Position numbers and translations under genes: made by a program. Below the pieces are notes generated by a model. That model searched no databases, was not told where the DNA came from, and saw only the letters and a list, made by a program, of their open reading frames with translations. From Aplysia californica (taxonomy: Eukaryota), in NCBI RefSeq assembly GCF_000002075.1, contig NW_004797316.1:742509-806508 (forward strand): a stretch of DNA of 64,000 bases. Direction: 5' to 3'. Shown here one piece after another: positions 50,951-63,841 of this stretch; position 1 is the stretch's first letter, and the number at the start of each line of letters is the position of its first letter.

Positions 50951-52599
50951 TATAAAAATAACACCCACCAACAGTTTGCAAGTTACTAAAATTAGTAACA
51001 AAACAAATCCTGCACGAAGACAAGTAGTTTTTATCATGAGATTCTCTTTGGTTTTATGAGTCAGTGACAGTGGGTGTGAACCTGTGATCTCCTGTGTATT
51101 TTACTCCCTGATCCTGATACCTGCTTCTACGAGCTCAAAGGGTCGGGTTACTCTTAGTCTCAAGGTTTTTTATGCTTTTTCACATGATTTTATATTTTAT
51201 GGCATTGGGCATTGGGTAGATTTCTTGATGAGCAGAAGAATCGATATCTAGAATCTAGATCTAGATCTAGTTCTACTTGATTCTAGAATTTAGATAGGCT
51301 AGATATCTAGAAGTGTCTACGTAGGCCTACATCAGAGAACGTATGCAAGCTGTCTACGTTCTCTAATGTTCAGTGAATTCAGTGCTTCCAATTTTCCACC
51401 ATTTTTTTGGGTTTCCTCCAGACCTAATCCTCCTAATCTGCCGATTCGAAGCCCATCGCCTCATTGATACCCCCCTGTTTCGGTGCTTTTTCGGTAGTTC
51501 CCACCCCCCTTATTTGAGCATAGATCTACATCTAGATATAGATTTATAATAAGTTTGTTGCGCGGCAAGCTAAGATATCAAACCTAACAACTGCAAAACA
51601 GTTCATCAAATTATGGTTCCACCTTATTTTTATCAGGTCAGCGGGGCAAGCCCCCCTGAACCCCCCCCCCCCCCGCGAATATCAATTGCCGGGTGGGAAC
51701 TTCCGTAAAAGTGCCCATGTTTTCGACTTTCCCACTTTCTTCGTTGTAAAAAAACTAGATCTTGACCTAGAGATCTATGTTGCGTTGCCTTTCCTGAAAC
51801 AGTGCTGTCCAAATAGATGATCTATGAAGATTAATTTATCATTGACTATTGGAAGTTCTGATGGCCGAATGGACAGCGTATCTGCATTTGAAGTTATACA
51901 ATTAATTTCTGAACGTAAGATCGAATTCGTGTCGCGGAAGGGTTTTTTTCTTTTCTTTTTTCTTCTCCTCCTCCCAACTGACAACAATTTTTTCCATATA
52001 ATGAATGATAATTTGTTGCTTTGTAGTTTTTTTATGTAGTGATGAAGCATGCACATTCTGGTTTTGTCCCCAAGAGGAGCTTTTACTTAGTGGCGGTGGG
52101 TAGTGAAGGGCTCACTGGCTTGAGCCTCCCTCCCCACCCCCGCACTCCATCCCATAGCAAATGAAAATAACGAAATGAGCAGTTGAAACTGTTATGATAG
52201 CAACGCAATGAACACTGAGTTTTCAACTTGGTGGCTTGCTCATTTATCCAATCCTTGTTGTCACCGCTTACAACTATAGTAACCAAACAGCCAATCAAAT
52301 TTCTTTTGGGCTCAGCAAAGGACGAGCCTGTTCCCTCGGCCCCTCTTCAATGAACCACTCTTGTAAAAAGGTAGAAGACTTGAAAAAAATAATACTGCAT
52401 AGAGGGCTCACGCTCTCATAGCCCTGACAATGTGGTGAAAGTTTACGACACATTTTCCCCCAGTGACACAGTTGCCTCACCTTTGTTAGGTACGTTCTAC
52501 TTTCCGCGACTAAACGGCCTAATCCAGCTCATAGACGGTATATGTTTCGAGTGCCGTGTGTACATTTTTGTTTGTGTACCACTGAGATTTAACAGTTGG

Positions 52600-55500
52600 G
52601 GTGGCAACAGGTGAAGAAGACATGGAAGGAGGGTCGATGTAGGGCTTCAGGTGTTTGCGGTTCCGGCGGTAAGACCTATCCCCAGACTTTATGATGTAAG
52701 ACCTCGGTGCACACCGTTCTTTGACAACCGCCACTCCTTGTCGTTCTCCAGCTACTGCAGGACGAGCTGGTTCTGGGCTCCGTGACGTCTGTCAAAAGCT
52801 TGTTTGTACTTAAGCTTCGACTCAGCGTCTCTGGCTGCAGTCTTCGCCCTGTCGTAGACCTGCTGGTTCAGGTTTGACGGTAGAGTTGGCAGGGTTGTCC
52901 TCAGGCGTCACCCAAGAGCAAGTTCCGCTGGGCTCGCCCCCGTCGGTGACACCGGTGTAGACCTGTAGATCAGGAGTGCGAGAAATGGGTCGTCCTGACT
53001 CAGGGCTTTCTTCGCTTCCTCGACTGCTCTCTCCGACCCGCTGTTGCTGTGGGGAAAATGAAGACTGCTGGTCGTGTGTTTAAACCCCCAGCCCTTGGCA
53101 AATTTGTGGAAACGGTCTGACACAAACTGGGGACCGTTATTAGTCACCAGTAGTTCTGGAATGCCAAACCGAGCGAAGATGTTTTTCAGTTTGTACACAA
53201 CAGTCTCTGAGGTGGTGTCTGGCATGTAGGCCGCCTCCAAGTACCTTGAGAAGTAGTCCACGAGTACGAGGTAGTCATGTCCCTTGTAGTTGCATAGGTC
53301 AGCACCAACCATTTGGAACGGCCACTCAGGTAGAGCTGTCAGGTTTAGAGGTTCGCTTGGTTGTGCTGGACGTTTCCGCTGGCAATGGTCGCATCTTGAG
53401 ACGACTTCCCGTATCTCGGAGCTTAGACCAGGCCACCAAATGGAAGATTTGGCCCGTTCTCGACACTTCGACTCTTCGAGGTGACCATCGTGGATCCTGC
53501 CGAGCATCTCTCCTCACATTGCCTTGGGGATTATGATGCGGTTACCTCTGATGAGTAGTCCATGGACTTTGCTCAGTTCACTGGAGACTTCGTAGAGGTC
53601 GCGAGCTTCGGACTTGACGTTTTGGATGAATTTCGGCCAATCGCTTCTGGTGTACTGTATCGCAGCACTGATCGCTGGATCCTGTTGAGACCTGTTTCTG
53701 ATTTCATCAAGTTTGCTATCCGTGGCATCCCTTGGCATCAGGATTATAGCGACATGAGCCTCGATTTCTTCACCAAATTCTTCAGGTTCGGTGTTCACTA
53801 CTGGACTTCAGGACAAGGAGTCTGCGACAGTCATGTTTTTCCCTTGGGTGTATTCTGCCTTTCCGCTGTAGCGCATCATCCTCATCAGCATTCATTGGCA
53901 ATGGACAGGTGCATCATTCAGTTCGTTTGAGTTGATCAGAGGCACAATGAGCTTGTGGTCGGTGAGCAGTGTGAATGACGGCAGCCCGATGAGGTAGCGA
54001 TCGAACTTTTCGCATGTCCAGGTGGCCGCCAACAGTTCCTTTTCAATTTGAGTGTAGTTCCTCTCGGCCCTAGATAGAGTTCTGGAACAGTAGGCCACTG
54101 GCTGAAGATCCCCCCTGTCCTCCTGGAGGAGAACTCCCCCCAGTCCGTAGCTGCTTGCATCAGCGCTTACAACGACAGGCTTCCTCATGTCGAAGAAGGC
54201 GAGTGTTGGAGCTGGCGACAGCAATTTCTTGACTTCAGTGAAGGCAGATGACTGCGCTGGAGTCCACGCCCACTCAGCATCGTGATTCAGAAGATCGGTG
54301 GGCGGCTTCATGACTGTTGACAGGTTTGGCACAAACCTGCTCAAATAGTTCACCATGCCGAGCATTCGTGGCAAATCTGTAATGTTCTCTGGTTCTGGCA
54401 TTTCAGTGATGGCGCTGACCTTGGATGGATCTGGCCTTACACCCTTCCCGCTAATATGTGGCCAAGAAAATTGATTTCGTCCCTGTCAAACTTGCACTTG
54501 GATTTGTTCAACTTGACACCATGCTCTTTTAGCCGATGGAAGACTTTCTTCTTCAGTTTATCATGTTTCTCCTCACCATCCGTGTGCAGGAGGATATCGT
54601 CTATAAAGCACTCAACACCGTCTATGCCCGCTAGAATGTCTTGCATTGTGCGCTGAAATATCTCAGGTGCAGAGGTGATTCCAAAGCAGAGACGTTTGTA
54701 GAAGTCCCGACGGAATAGGGTAATGAAAGTAGTCAGCTTCGCGGAGTCGTCGTCCAGGGCCAACTGCCAAAAGGAAGAAGTTGCATCAAGCTTGCTGAAC
54801 TTGTTTGAACCGCTGAGTTTGTACAAGATGTCGTCTATGGTGGGCAGCATGAATCGTTCACGCTTCACCGACAGGTTGAGCTTTTTCAGGTCTGTGCAGA
54901 TTCTAACGCTACCAGACCTTTTTCTGACCGGGACCATGGGCGCGCACCAGTCAGTTGGAGCGCTGATCTTCTCAATGACACCTGCGGCTTCCATGCGGTC
55001 TAGTTCAGCTTTGACTTCGTCCATGAGTGGAATGGGAATCCGACGTGCGACGTTCACGGAGTATGGCTGTGCATCTTCTTTCAAGATGATTTTCACTGGC
55101 TCGCAGCGTATAGGTTTAGGTCCCACATCGCCGAACACGAGGTTGGCAGAGTCAATTCTGTCTTGAGAAATCAGTCCCAAACAAACTGCGGTGTCGCAAC
55201 TGAGGAGGCAGTCGGTGTCGTTGTTAAGGATGAAAACACGGAACGCAAAGTTGCGATTGTTATGCTGCGTAGTTGCGATAAATTCTCCCACGCTCCTTAT
55301 GACTCCACCAGGACTGCGGAGAACTGCAGACGTTGTTTTCAGCTTTGGACGAGGACTGAGACGGTTGTAGTCGGCCTTCGACATTATCGAAACATTGGCC
55401 CCTGTGTCTATCTTGAAGGATGTAGCTCTCCCTCCAAGGTTCAGTGTAACGGGCCGTGGTGGCTCGCTAACTTCACTGAAGTTTACATCGGTAACGACAC

Positions 55501-56626
55501 TACTGTCCGAGTCTTTGTCAACAGCACCTAAAAAGAATGAAGGGGTTTCCGATTCAGTGATTTCGTTGACATTGCGACTGCTGCTGCGACAGACTGTTGC
55601 CAAATGATTGCGCTTGCCACATTTTCTTCAAGTTTTCCCACGCCCTGGGCAATTGTTTTGGGCATGACCTCTTCCACAGTTGTCGCAGTTAGAGAAAGTT
55701 GACGGTGATGCATGGCTGCCTCTGTGTTGTGAGTGTGTACTTATTCTTCGGCCGCCTCTACCCCTGGGGTGAGCAGGCGACGAATATCCCCTCTGGCCGT
55801 AGCACACTGCATCTACTGTGACTGCTGCACCTAGCTGACGTTGGCTGCTGACCTGACCCTTTACGAGCTTGAAATGGCGTACTCTTTCGATGGCTGATTT
55901 CAAAGTAAGAGTTGCCTCGAGTTGAAAGGGCTGTGACAGTTCATTGTCCAGTACTCCTAGGACGAGTCTATCCCTTATGGTTTCATCTCGGTCCTTAAAG
56001 TCTTCATGTTCTGAAAGCTTGTACAGGGCTCTAACATATTCTTCTATTGTCTCCTTATTGTTTTGTGCTCGTGCATGAAACTTTGCTCTTTCGTGGATAA
56101 GATTCCGCTTGGGGACAAAGTGAGCGTCGAAATTCTCTAATACAGTGTCAAAGTTGTACCTAGGATCGTTACCTTCGACGGGAGCAGGGAACGTGAACGT
56201 GTTAAATATCTGTTCAGCTTGGCGTCCCATAGCGTAAATTAATTAACTTACTTGAATTGCTCCAGTCTCTGCTCTCAGTTTGGTGGCTGTGCGGTATCAA
56301 AGCATACGTTGTCGCCACTCGGGCCACTTGTGAGGTTTTGAAAAATCAAACGTTCCAGGAAGGCTTGAAATGAGGCATTCTGACATTTGTGACACGTTAT
56401 CCACTGACTTCTGACACCATGTAATGTTAGTATGCACACACGACTTTAAACTGGAGAGACGAACACACCCGACACCAAGCATTTTAATAATGAGCCCGGG
56501 TGTAGTGTCTGACTTTTTATGTTGATCCTCGAAGTGAGTAACATTAACCAAAAGCCCATGGCATACAGGACGCTTAGGTCCCGTGATTAAAAAAGAGTAA
56601 GGTACAATACTGGGACTACCGTGACA
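52600..56626 (-). mobile_element. Ty3/Gypsy LTR retrotransposon (gag-pro-RT-RH-INT), degraded; candidate 5' LTR 56420-56626
   Basis: The PBS TGGTGTCAGAAGT (tRNA-Leu type) lies next to an LTR end ...CA. Domains in Gypsy order are gag CDNCGRGH, protease FKIDTGA, RT FIDD, RH ADASSYGLGGVL/YTQIEKE, and integrase HHCC plus LVDYFSRY. Confidence 0.95.
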
Positions 56627-56628
56627 AT

Positions 56629-57711
56629 CAGTGGCGTGGCTCTCCAAGCGCAAATGGCGCCATGGCGCCACCCTTTGAAATGCAGAAATGATTTTCAAAA
56701 AAGGAAATATGATTTTCCAAAACTTAACTAAATATCACAATATTTTCTTCAAACAAATCTCTTATTCAGTGTTCATCCCTAAGTAAGCCAATCTTTAGTT
56801 AACGTGTCTATAATTAGGCTGATGGGAGGAGGGCGGGTAAGCCTCCCGTTGCCGGTCGCATGGGTCTCCCCGTGTCTTTCGTTCCCTACGTCTGACATCA
56901 CTGAGGGCGCCAAGCCCAGATCGGTGCTACCTGAACCAGTGTCTCTGCCTGAACCCATCTGAGTGTTCATTGTTTAGGTGTCAAGTCTGGTAAAAATAAT
57001 TCAAAATGGTCTATAAACTATTTGATTTTATCAGTTGAAAACAGGGTTTTCTTTCCAAGAATAGCAAAAAGGTTTCTTTCATACCCTGTCCAGATGTTTG
57101 ACGGAAGACACAAGAGATATCACCAAGAACACAACTCAGCCAAAAATGCTACAACAGATACTCCCATCACACCAAGAGATTGTACTGTTGGGCCAAAGGG
57201 CCAAAGATGGATTTGGCGCCTGTATGGTTGGGAGGGGATGGAGTGGTAGTTAGCCTGGACATGGCATGGTTGCGAACTGTCTAAAAATAGGTTTGACTGT
57301 CTGCTTTCTAGACCAGAACTGCAAATGAATCAGGGAATTGGGTCATTATGTCAAGATGCCCCGAGGGCAATAGTGCATGCGTGTTCTTGACTGTGAATGT
57401 GTGCTTTTCTGTTGATCTGAGGGAAGTTGTTTTGTGTGTGAACATTTATGCTGTGATGTGACTGTGCGCTTCTTGAGCGCCGATCTTGGTTCTTTATCTT
57501 TAGTTCTATATATAAAAGATTGTACCGGCACTTATCTATTCTTCTCACATGGAAGTAGGTGTCCCTCTATTGGTATTAAAATTAAAGAGAGAGGCTTATA
57601 TAGTAAATCTAGGTCTACAGCTTATAGGCCTGTAATAAGTAGGCATTACTTTTCGTTGTGCATAAATTTGTTCTTGGCGCCACCTTCTCTGGAAGTGACG
57701 CCGCGCCCCTG
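56629..57711. mobile_element. hAT-like non-autonomous element
   Basis: TIR cagtggcgtggc / gccgcgcccctg with tggcgccacc subterminal motifs; no TSD confirmed. Confidence 0.5.
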
Positions 57712-58305
57712 ACAGTTTTTATTACATCAAACCACTTTTGAGGCAACTTTTTCATCAGATGAAAATTAAATAGAGAAATTTGGAGGTGAAACAACTTCGT
57801 TCCCGCCATCGTCAAGAATTTGACATAGAATCAAAGAGATGGAAGACAAAGGGGACTCTTCTCGTTTGAATGGTTCTCAAAATGCCGTGGCTCACCGTGA
57901 GTACAGAAAAATGACCACTGTTTTGTTCTATTGCTTGTTAGTTGGTGGTAAAGATCAGTGGAAGCAATCTAAGCCCCACCCAAATTTTGATCCGCCCACC
58001 GCCACTGCTTTTACCTACAAAGTATACTTTTCCTTTTATCAATTTAGGCCTGGTTAAACTTCAATAGTGACCTTCCTTGGTTTGTGAGTCTAATAATTTT
58101 TTTTTCTTCACATTTTAGGCTCAGAGATGCCAAATTTTAGCTCTTCAATTGCAAATTTTCTTCAGCTTACGGGGGCCTCTTGCGGCTCCCAGACCCCTGC
58201 CAATTGTTCCTCCTGCCAATTACTATTCGCCCTAATTGGGGGGCCACGGGCAAATTGTTGGTCGATCGGGAGGAGGAGAAAAAAACAACAACAAAAAACC
58301 TTCTG

Positions 58306-58810
58306 GGGGCTCTCGTGGCCTAGAGGTTAAGGTGTTGGCCTCTCATTCAAAAGGTCCCGGGTTCGATTCCGGGTTGTGCCAGAAAAATTTTCTTCTCGAA
58401 AATTGTCTCCTTTTACCTCCTTTCCTGCTCTCTAGCAATATTCTGTCGTCTGCTTTCGTCTCCTCTTTCTGCCCCCACCCCCTCACCTCCTTTGCCCCCT
58501 CCTCTGGGCTCCTGACTCTTTCTGCAGCCTTTCTACTGCTACTCCTTGACTCCTTACAGCTGCCTTTCTGCCACACCCCTGATCTTCTGGTAGGAAAGAT
58601 CTACACCTAGCCTTCTCGGACAAGGGCGAAAAATCTCGGAGGGCCCGTGTGCAAGTTGCACACGTTAAAGATCCCTTGGTGGTCTAAAATCGATAAGAGT
58701 AGGCTTCGGCCGCCACCCGGGCAAAATTCAAAATTTCCTACCAACTAAAAGTATTAGATGTGTCCCGCGCGCTCATATGACCTTTATGCAGTTGCGAGCG
58801 CCGTAAAACA
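58306..58810 (+). mobile_element. Intact tRNA-derived SINE (Meta-type core)
   Basis: A box gtggcctagagg, B box ggttcgattcc, core gcacacgttaaagatccc; tail also found alone at ~16215 and ~38045. Confidence 0.85.
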
Positions 58811-59238
58811 CTTGTACTTATCAAAACAAACAAAAAACCTTCTGGGACCGGGATTCGATGCCATGCTAGGAAGCACTGAACATTAGAGAAAGTAGACAGC
58901 TTGCATACATTCTCTAACATTTAGAGAACGTAGACACTACCTTACGGCTGGGACAAAATTGCTTTTAATAGCAAGTCCGTCTTTTGTTTCTAATTGTGTG
59001 ATTATTTTATTGAACGCATGTTTTGAGAACTTTTAATACAAAAGTGTTATCTATAAAATTCATTTCTTGTAACAAGTTTTGTGACTTAACAGTGTCATTG
59101 ATGAGCTGTGACTTGCCGTTATACGCAAAATGTGTGTGATAAGTGGGAAGTACTGTGAACAATTCCATTTTCCCCGTGAAGGAGATTTGTAGTAGGCCCT
59201 TTTATATAAATTTATGAAGAAAAGTTTTTTGATCTAAG

Positions 59239-59586
59239 AATAATAATAATAAAAATAGCATTTGTATAGCGCATATCCCCGCTCAACAGCAGGCTCTATG
59301 CGCTTTACACTATATTATTACCCCAGCAGACCATAGAACACTCCGAGACTTTCTCAGCTTCCCGGGAAGCATACAGTGCAAGCAGCTGATTAAGCGCTCA
59401 AACACTAACAAACTAACAAGGTCTTTTGCTGTCTATAGCCGGATACCCATTCCCACCTGGGTGAAGTGAGGAAAATTTGTGTAAAGTGCCTTTCCCGAGG
59501 ACACAACGTCGGGCCCCTGATGGGATTCGAACCCACGACCTTACAGTTGCGAGTCTGAGAGCCTAACCACTAGGCCACCGACGCCA
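59239..59586 (-). mobile_element. tRNA-derived SINE with a Nin/Deu-type core and (TTA)n tail
   Basis: Head gtggcctagtggttagg...ggttcgaatccc; core cacccaggtgggaatgggtatccggc; tail gcgctatacaaatgc...ttattattatt. Confidence 0.85.
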
Positions 59587-60338
59587 CAAACTAGTCTCAA
59601 TTGTTGTTAAAAAATATGATTACGTTAAGACAAATTGATACAAACTGCACTGTGAAAAGTATCGGTGACATTGATTCACCCATTAAAAAGATATTTGAAG
59701 ATGGGTTGCACCACAAATTTTTGACAGTGCTGTAGGTGTAGATTCTAGGCTTGGTCTTCTAGAAATCTCGTTAGATCTAGATCTTAGTAGAAGTAGAAGA
59801 CAAGCTAAGTCTGCTTAGACTTAATACTAGAATCTAATAGTAGACCAGGTTTTTTTTTTACTTCTACAAGACTACTACTACTACCAAAATCTAGGAAGAT
59901 AAGACGAAGCATAGCCTCTCTATTCTCTTGTCCAAGGGCCAAGTCAGTTCGCCAAGTCATCTGCGCATTGTGCGAGGCACGCCAGCCAGCGAAACCAGTA
60001 TACCCCTATATTATAATTATGCATCCACGATCAGCTGATCAACGTGCTTTTTACCCTTCCTAAATAAACAAATATTGTATTTGTAAATATATATCAAGAT
60101 TCTACACCTAGAGCGTGCTCATTAAAACAAAGATAAACAAACATATAATATAGATAAATGAATAAGCACTTTGAGGAACGAGGTAGATCTAGATTCTAGA
60201 TATTATCTATATCTCTAAGGTCTGTCCCCCTAAAATGCCAGTATTACGAGATTATGAACACTATTATTTATACCTAAATTCTATAACAACTGGATCTAGG
60301 AGATGTGTGTGAACTTACCTATAGACGATTCATAGTTT

Positions 60339-61143
60339 TCAGCTTTCTCTTTGTTTGTGTGCCTCGCTTTCTTCCTCATATTGGACTTTCAGCTCATGGT
60401 AAATCCTTACTGTCAGAAAGATTCGGGCAACTTGACTGTCTATTTCACAACAGCCACTGTCATTTAGTGTCACTTGGGCCGCTGTAGGATAAGACAACAT
60501 TTTCTTCTCCAATAATTGCTGTATTTGTCTTCTCCCAACAACATTCCAAAACCAAGCTTGGAAAATCATCTCAAATGTTCCCACTAAAGCGAATAATTTT
60601 TCAGTAGGTTTTTTTAAACCACCATTTGAACAATTACTGAACTGTTTTTGTTCAATTAGCTGGTGGTGTCTTTGAGCTGATGATGTCTGGTCTTGAGCTA
60701 AATCCAAACAAGCGTAGCACAACATTTTTCAAGTCTTCGGACAATGATAACCGCCTTTTGTAAGATACAATATTTTCTAATTGTATCACATGGTCCATTT
60801 CACATGATCTTACAATGCTGGCTGCTTGCTTCATTTCATTTGGCAATGGTATAGAATCTGGAGGGGTCAAGGATTGGCTGGTACTGTTCGTTGTCGAGAG
60901 GTTGATGAGGAAACTGTCTAGGTCTTCAGAACAATTGCTGCCTTCACTTGTCAGAAGAATTTTGTCAACCATGACCTGCCTTAAAGTAAATCTGAATTGT
61001 TGAAGATCATGATTTGACATCTGGCCATTTTTCCTTCGGATGACGGAAAACAGATTTTCTACACAATCTTGATTGAGGTTGACCATAACAAAACCGTTTA
61101 CTGGAATTTTGTACTTAACTTTTCTGAATGATGTGAAAATCAT
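60339..61143 (-). pseudogene. P-element/THAP9-like transposase C-terminal remnant
   Basis: LNQDCVENLFSVIRRKNG (catalytic-E region), NGGLKKPT and IFLTVRIYHE across two frames. Confidence 0.8.
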
Positions 61144-61263
61144 AAGCTGCTTTTAAATGTGAAAAAACCCCAAAGAACTTGTTGAATTTAGAAAAAAGAA
61201 ACTGCCCCTGCAGCCCCTCGAAATTAAATGTGAAAACATTGAGCAAGTGTCAGACTATAAGTA

Positions 61264-62065
61264 CAGTCAAACCTGTGTAAAACAGCCACCCATTGTTAAG
61301 GAGAAAAGTGGCCGTATAAGACAGGTGGCCGTCTTAGGCAGGACTGATCAAAATGAAGAAAACAAACCGTTCCTTTCTGAGGTCCCAACCGAAGGCAGCC
61401 GAATTGTTTTTGTTGTTGTTGTTGTTTTCGCTGGGGGGTTTTTCTTTTAAAAAGAATTTTGTTGTTGCTTTTGTGCAAAGTTGACAATAAAACTAAATGT
61501 ATCAGACAAGGAGGACCGGGTGCTATGGTAAAACAAACTCATGGAGAACGAGCAACGCTTCTGTTACAAGTTCATATTGACGTCCATTGTTACTTTGTTA
61601 CAGACTGGTCAACAGTGACCACTCATCTCATTTACGATTTGTGTTTGAGTTCTGGGCGGGGCTTATGGGTTATGAGGGATCATACGCTTACCTCACCAGC
61701 AGCTGAAAATTTGTTACCTATTGGTCAACAGTGGGAGGGGCCTTGGCAACATGATCGGTTGGAGGGACTACCTTACAACAACGACAGGTGATTGGATTAT
61801 GATGGCCCGCCCACAACGCCAGGGGCCAATGCACAATTTATGACAAAACATAATGAGGAGTCACAAAGGTGGCCGTCTAAGACAGGTGTTATTGTTTTCT
61901 GTGATAGGGGTTGTGTGTTAAAATATGGTGGCCGCGGCCGCGTTGGACTGGTGCCTGCTTTAGACAGTTAAATTTTATAGAAAAAAACGCAAGGGGGGAA
62001 ATGAAAAGTGGCCGTTTGTACAGATGGCCGTCTTATAGAGGTGGCCGTCAGGGCTGGTTCGACTG
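61264..62065. mobile_element. Tigger/pogo-like MITE
   Basis: TA|cagtcaaacct...tggttcgactg|TA; repeated aggtggccgtc motifs. Confidence 0.8.
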
Positions 62066-62074
62066 TATTTGGGT

Positions 62075-62290
62075 GTTGCAATAGACAACAAACTCAGCTG
62101 GCATGTCCACACTTCTCTCCTGCATAAAGTATGATAAAGAAGTGAACACAAGACTATTTTTTCTAAGGAAGCTCATGTATTATAAAGTTGAAAGAACATT
62201 GATGTCCATATTCTATCATTCAACCATAGAAAGTATGATCAATTTTTGTATAACAATTTTATGGAATTATACATGCTCGTCATATTTTGG
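62075..62290 (+). mobile_element. Rex1/Babar-like LINE RT C-terminal fragment
   Basis: RLFFLRKL...MSIFYHSTIESMINFCITI. Confidence 0.65.
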
Positions 62291-62393
62291 GCATGTGGAG
62301 TCAATGGTATCAACTTAAATCTTGTTAGTCTCGTATTTAATGAGAAAAATACTCATCTATCATGAACAGAAGTCAAGATATTTACGAATGAAG

Positions 62394-62675
62394 ATGTGAG
62401 GGTCACCTGGTTTCAAAGGTAAAATTATCCAGAAAATGAAGTTTGTAACTTGAATAGCTTGAGAGTCCTTGGGAAATAAAAATCAACATTTTTGTGCCTT
62501 TAATCAACTTTTTTTCAGCAAAATCCACTCTTAAATATGTGTTTTTAAATAGATATAAAAGGTTTTAAGCCCAAAAAAAAAAATTCAATAAAAATTGCCA
62601 ATCTGGCAGAAAAATGCCGTTTTCTTTGATTTCATTAATTTTGACGAGGGCCTGATTTCACCTTGATGCCTCACA
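62394..62675. mobile_element. ATGTGAG...CTCACAT MITE just upstream of the serpin acceptor
   Basis: TIR atgtgagggtcac / gatgcctcacat; homologous to 10980-11271. Confidence 0.7.
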
Positions 62676-62736
62676 TTTGACTTTTGTTTGATTTTTTTTA
62701 AAACTGTGTTTTCCCAGGTACCGGCAACATTTCAAA

Positions 62737-63091
62737 ATGGCGACAACTGAAATTGCATCCACCAACAACATGTTTGGACTTCAATTATTCAAAACTATTT
62801 TTGAAGAAAACAAAGACAAGAACACTTTTCTGTCCCCATTTAGCATATCAGTTGCACTGGCAATGACTCAACTTGGTGCGCGTGGAAAAACTGCATCAGA
62901 TATGTCAGCAACTTTACAATGGAATGCGAACAGTGAGCAGGCAATCCATGATGGGTATCAGTCTTATATTTCCAAACTGCAGCAGCCTTGTGACAAGTAC
63001 CAGTTGTCAACTGCTAACAGAATCTTTATTGAAAAAAACTATCCTGTGCTTGCAGAGTTCATCGAGAAAACAAAGAAGTTTTATCTTGCAG
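62737..63091 (+). CDS. Serpin (intracellular, leukocyte elastase inhibitor/clade-B-like), first coding exon
   Basis: Sequence has NNMFGLQLF, NTFLSPFSISVALAMTQLGARGKTA and LSTANRIF. The acceptor cccag| at 62717 precedes caaaATGG, and the donor is g|gtgaat. There is no N-terminal signal peptide. Confidence 0.93.
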
Positions 63092-63841
63092 GTGAATATA
63101 TTTCTTCCTCTTGCTTTTTAGTTTTAGAACTCAACAGACAGGTCCAGGGTGACTGTCAATTGGGGCTGTGGAGAACTTTATTCTTCTGTCAATTTCAATG
63201 GATGCATTTCCGGGAAATTGATGCATGTTGCTTACAATTGTTTTGGAAACGTGCAGAGCACCTACATCTGTAGCTACACACTGTGGCCAGCTGCATAAGA
63301 AGCTGATGACAGAGGAGATAAAGAGTTGACTTATTCTTCCTCTTTGAAACTTGTTTTTGGGTCCAGTAAGACTAGGTCTTTCTTCAAGCTTCCTATTCTG
63401 AGTCAGTGCCAGTAACATCACTTTCTGAGCAGGCCAGTGTAATGAAAGTTCGAATAATCATGAGAGAGGTATAGGAAAGCATATTAAATCTCTTCTTTTC
63501 TCTCTATATATAGAGAGGGTTTTCGAATGTCGAAAGGAGAAGAAAGTGTTACTCCTAATCAGAAATCAGTGATGACTTCAGAAACATCACATAGAAGCAG
63601 CTGGCTTTTTTTTTCTCCTCGAAAGTAAAGTACCCATGTCAATAACACTGCAAAATAATTTGAATATGTTAGATTGTTGAGTTAGGTTTACTTAATTGTG
63701 GGTAGAAATGGCATAATGACCATTTCTTTCTAAGGAAGAAATTTTGAAATTGTCAGGACAAAACAATTCACTTTTCAATTTTAAAAGTTGTTCTTAATGT
63801 CGATATTATGTTTACTTAACACTTCCTTTAAATGTTTTCAG

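Noticed and set aside
58306-58380. Possible tRNA genes (also 59510-59586, 44366-44437, 1915-1985)
   Set aside because: The stems are imperfect and each is followed by SINE core or tail sequence, so they are SINE heads.
63092-63273. ORF track extends the serpin to 178 aa
   Set aside because: Read-through into the intron; serpin homology resumes at the acceptor before 63842.
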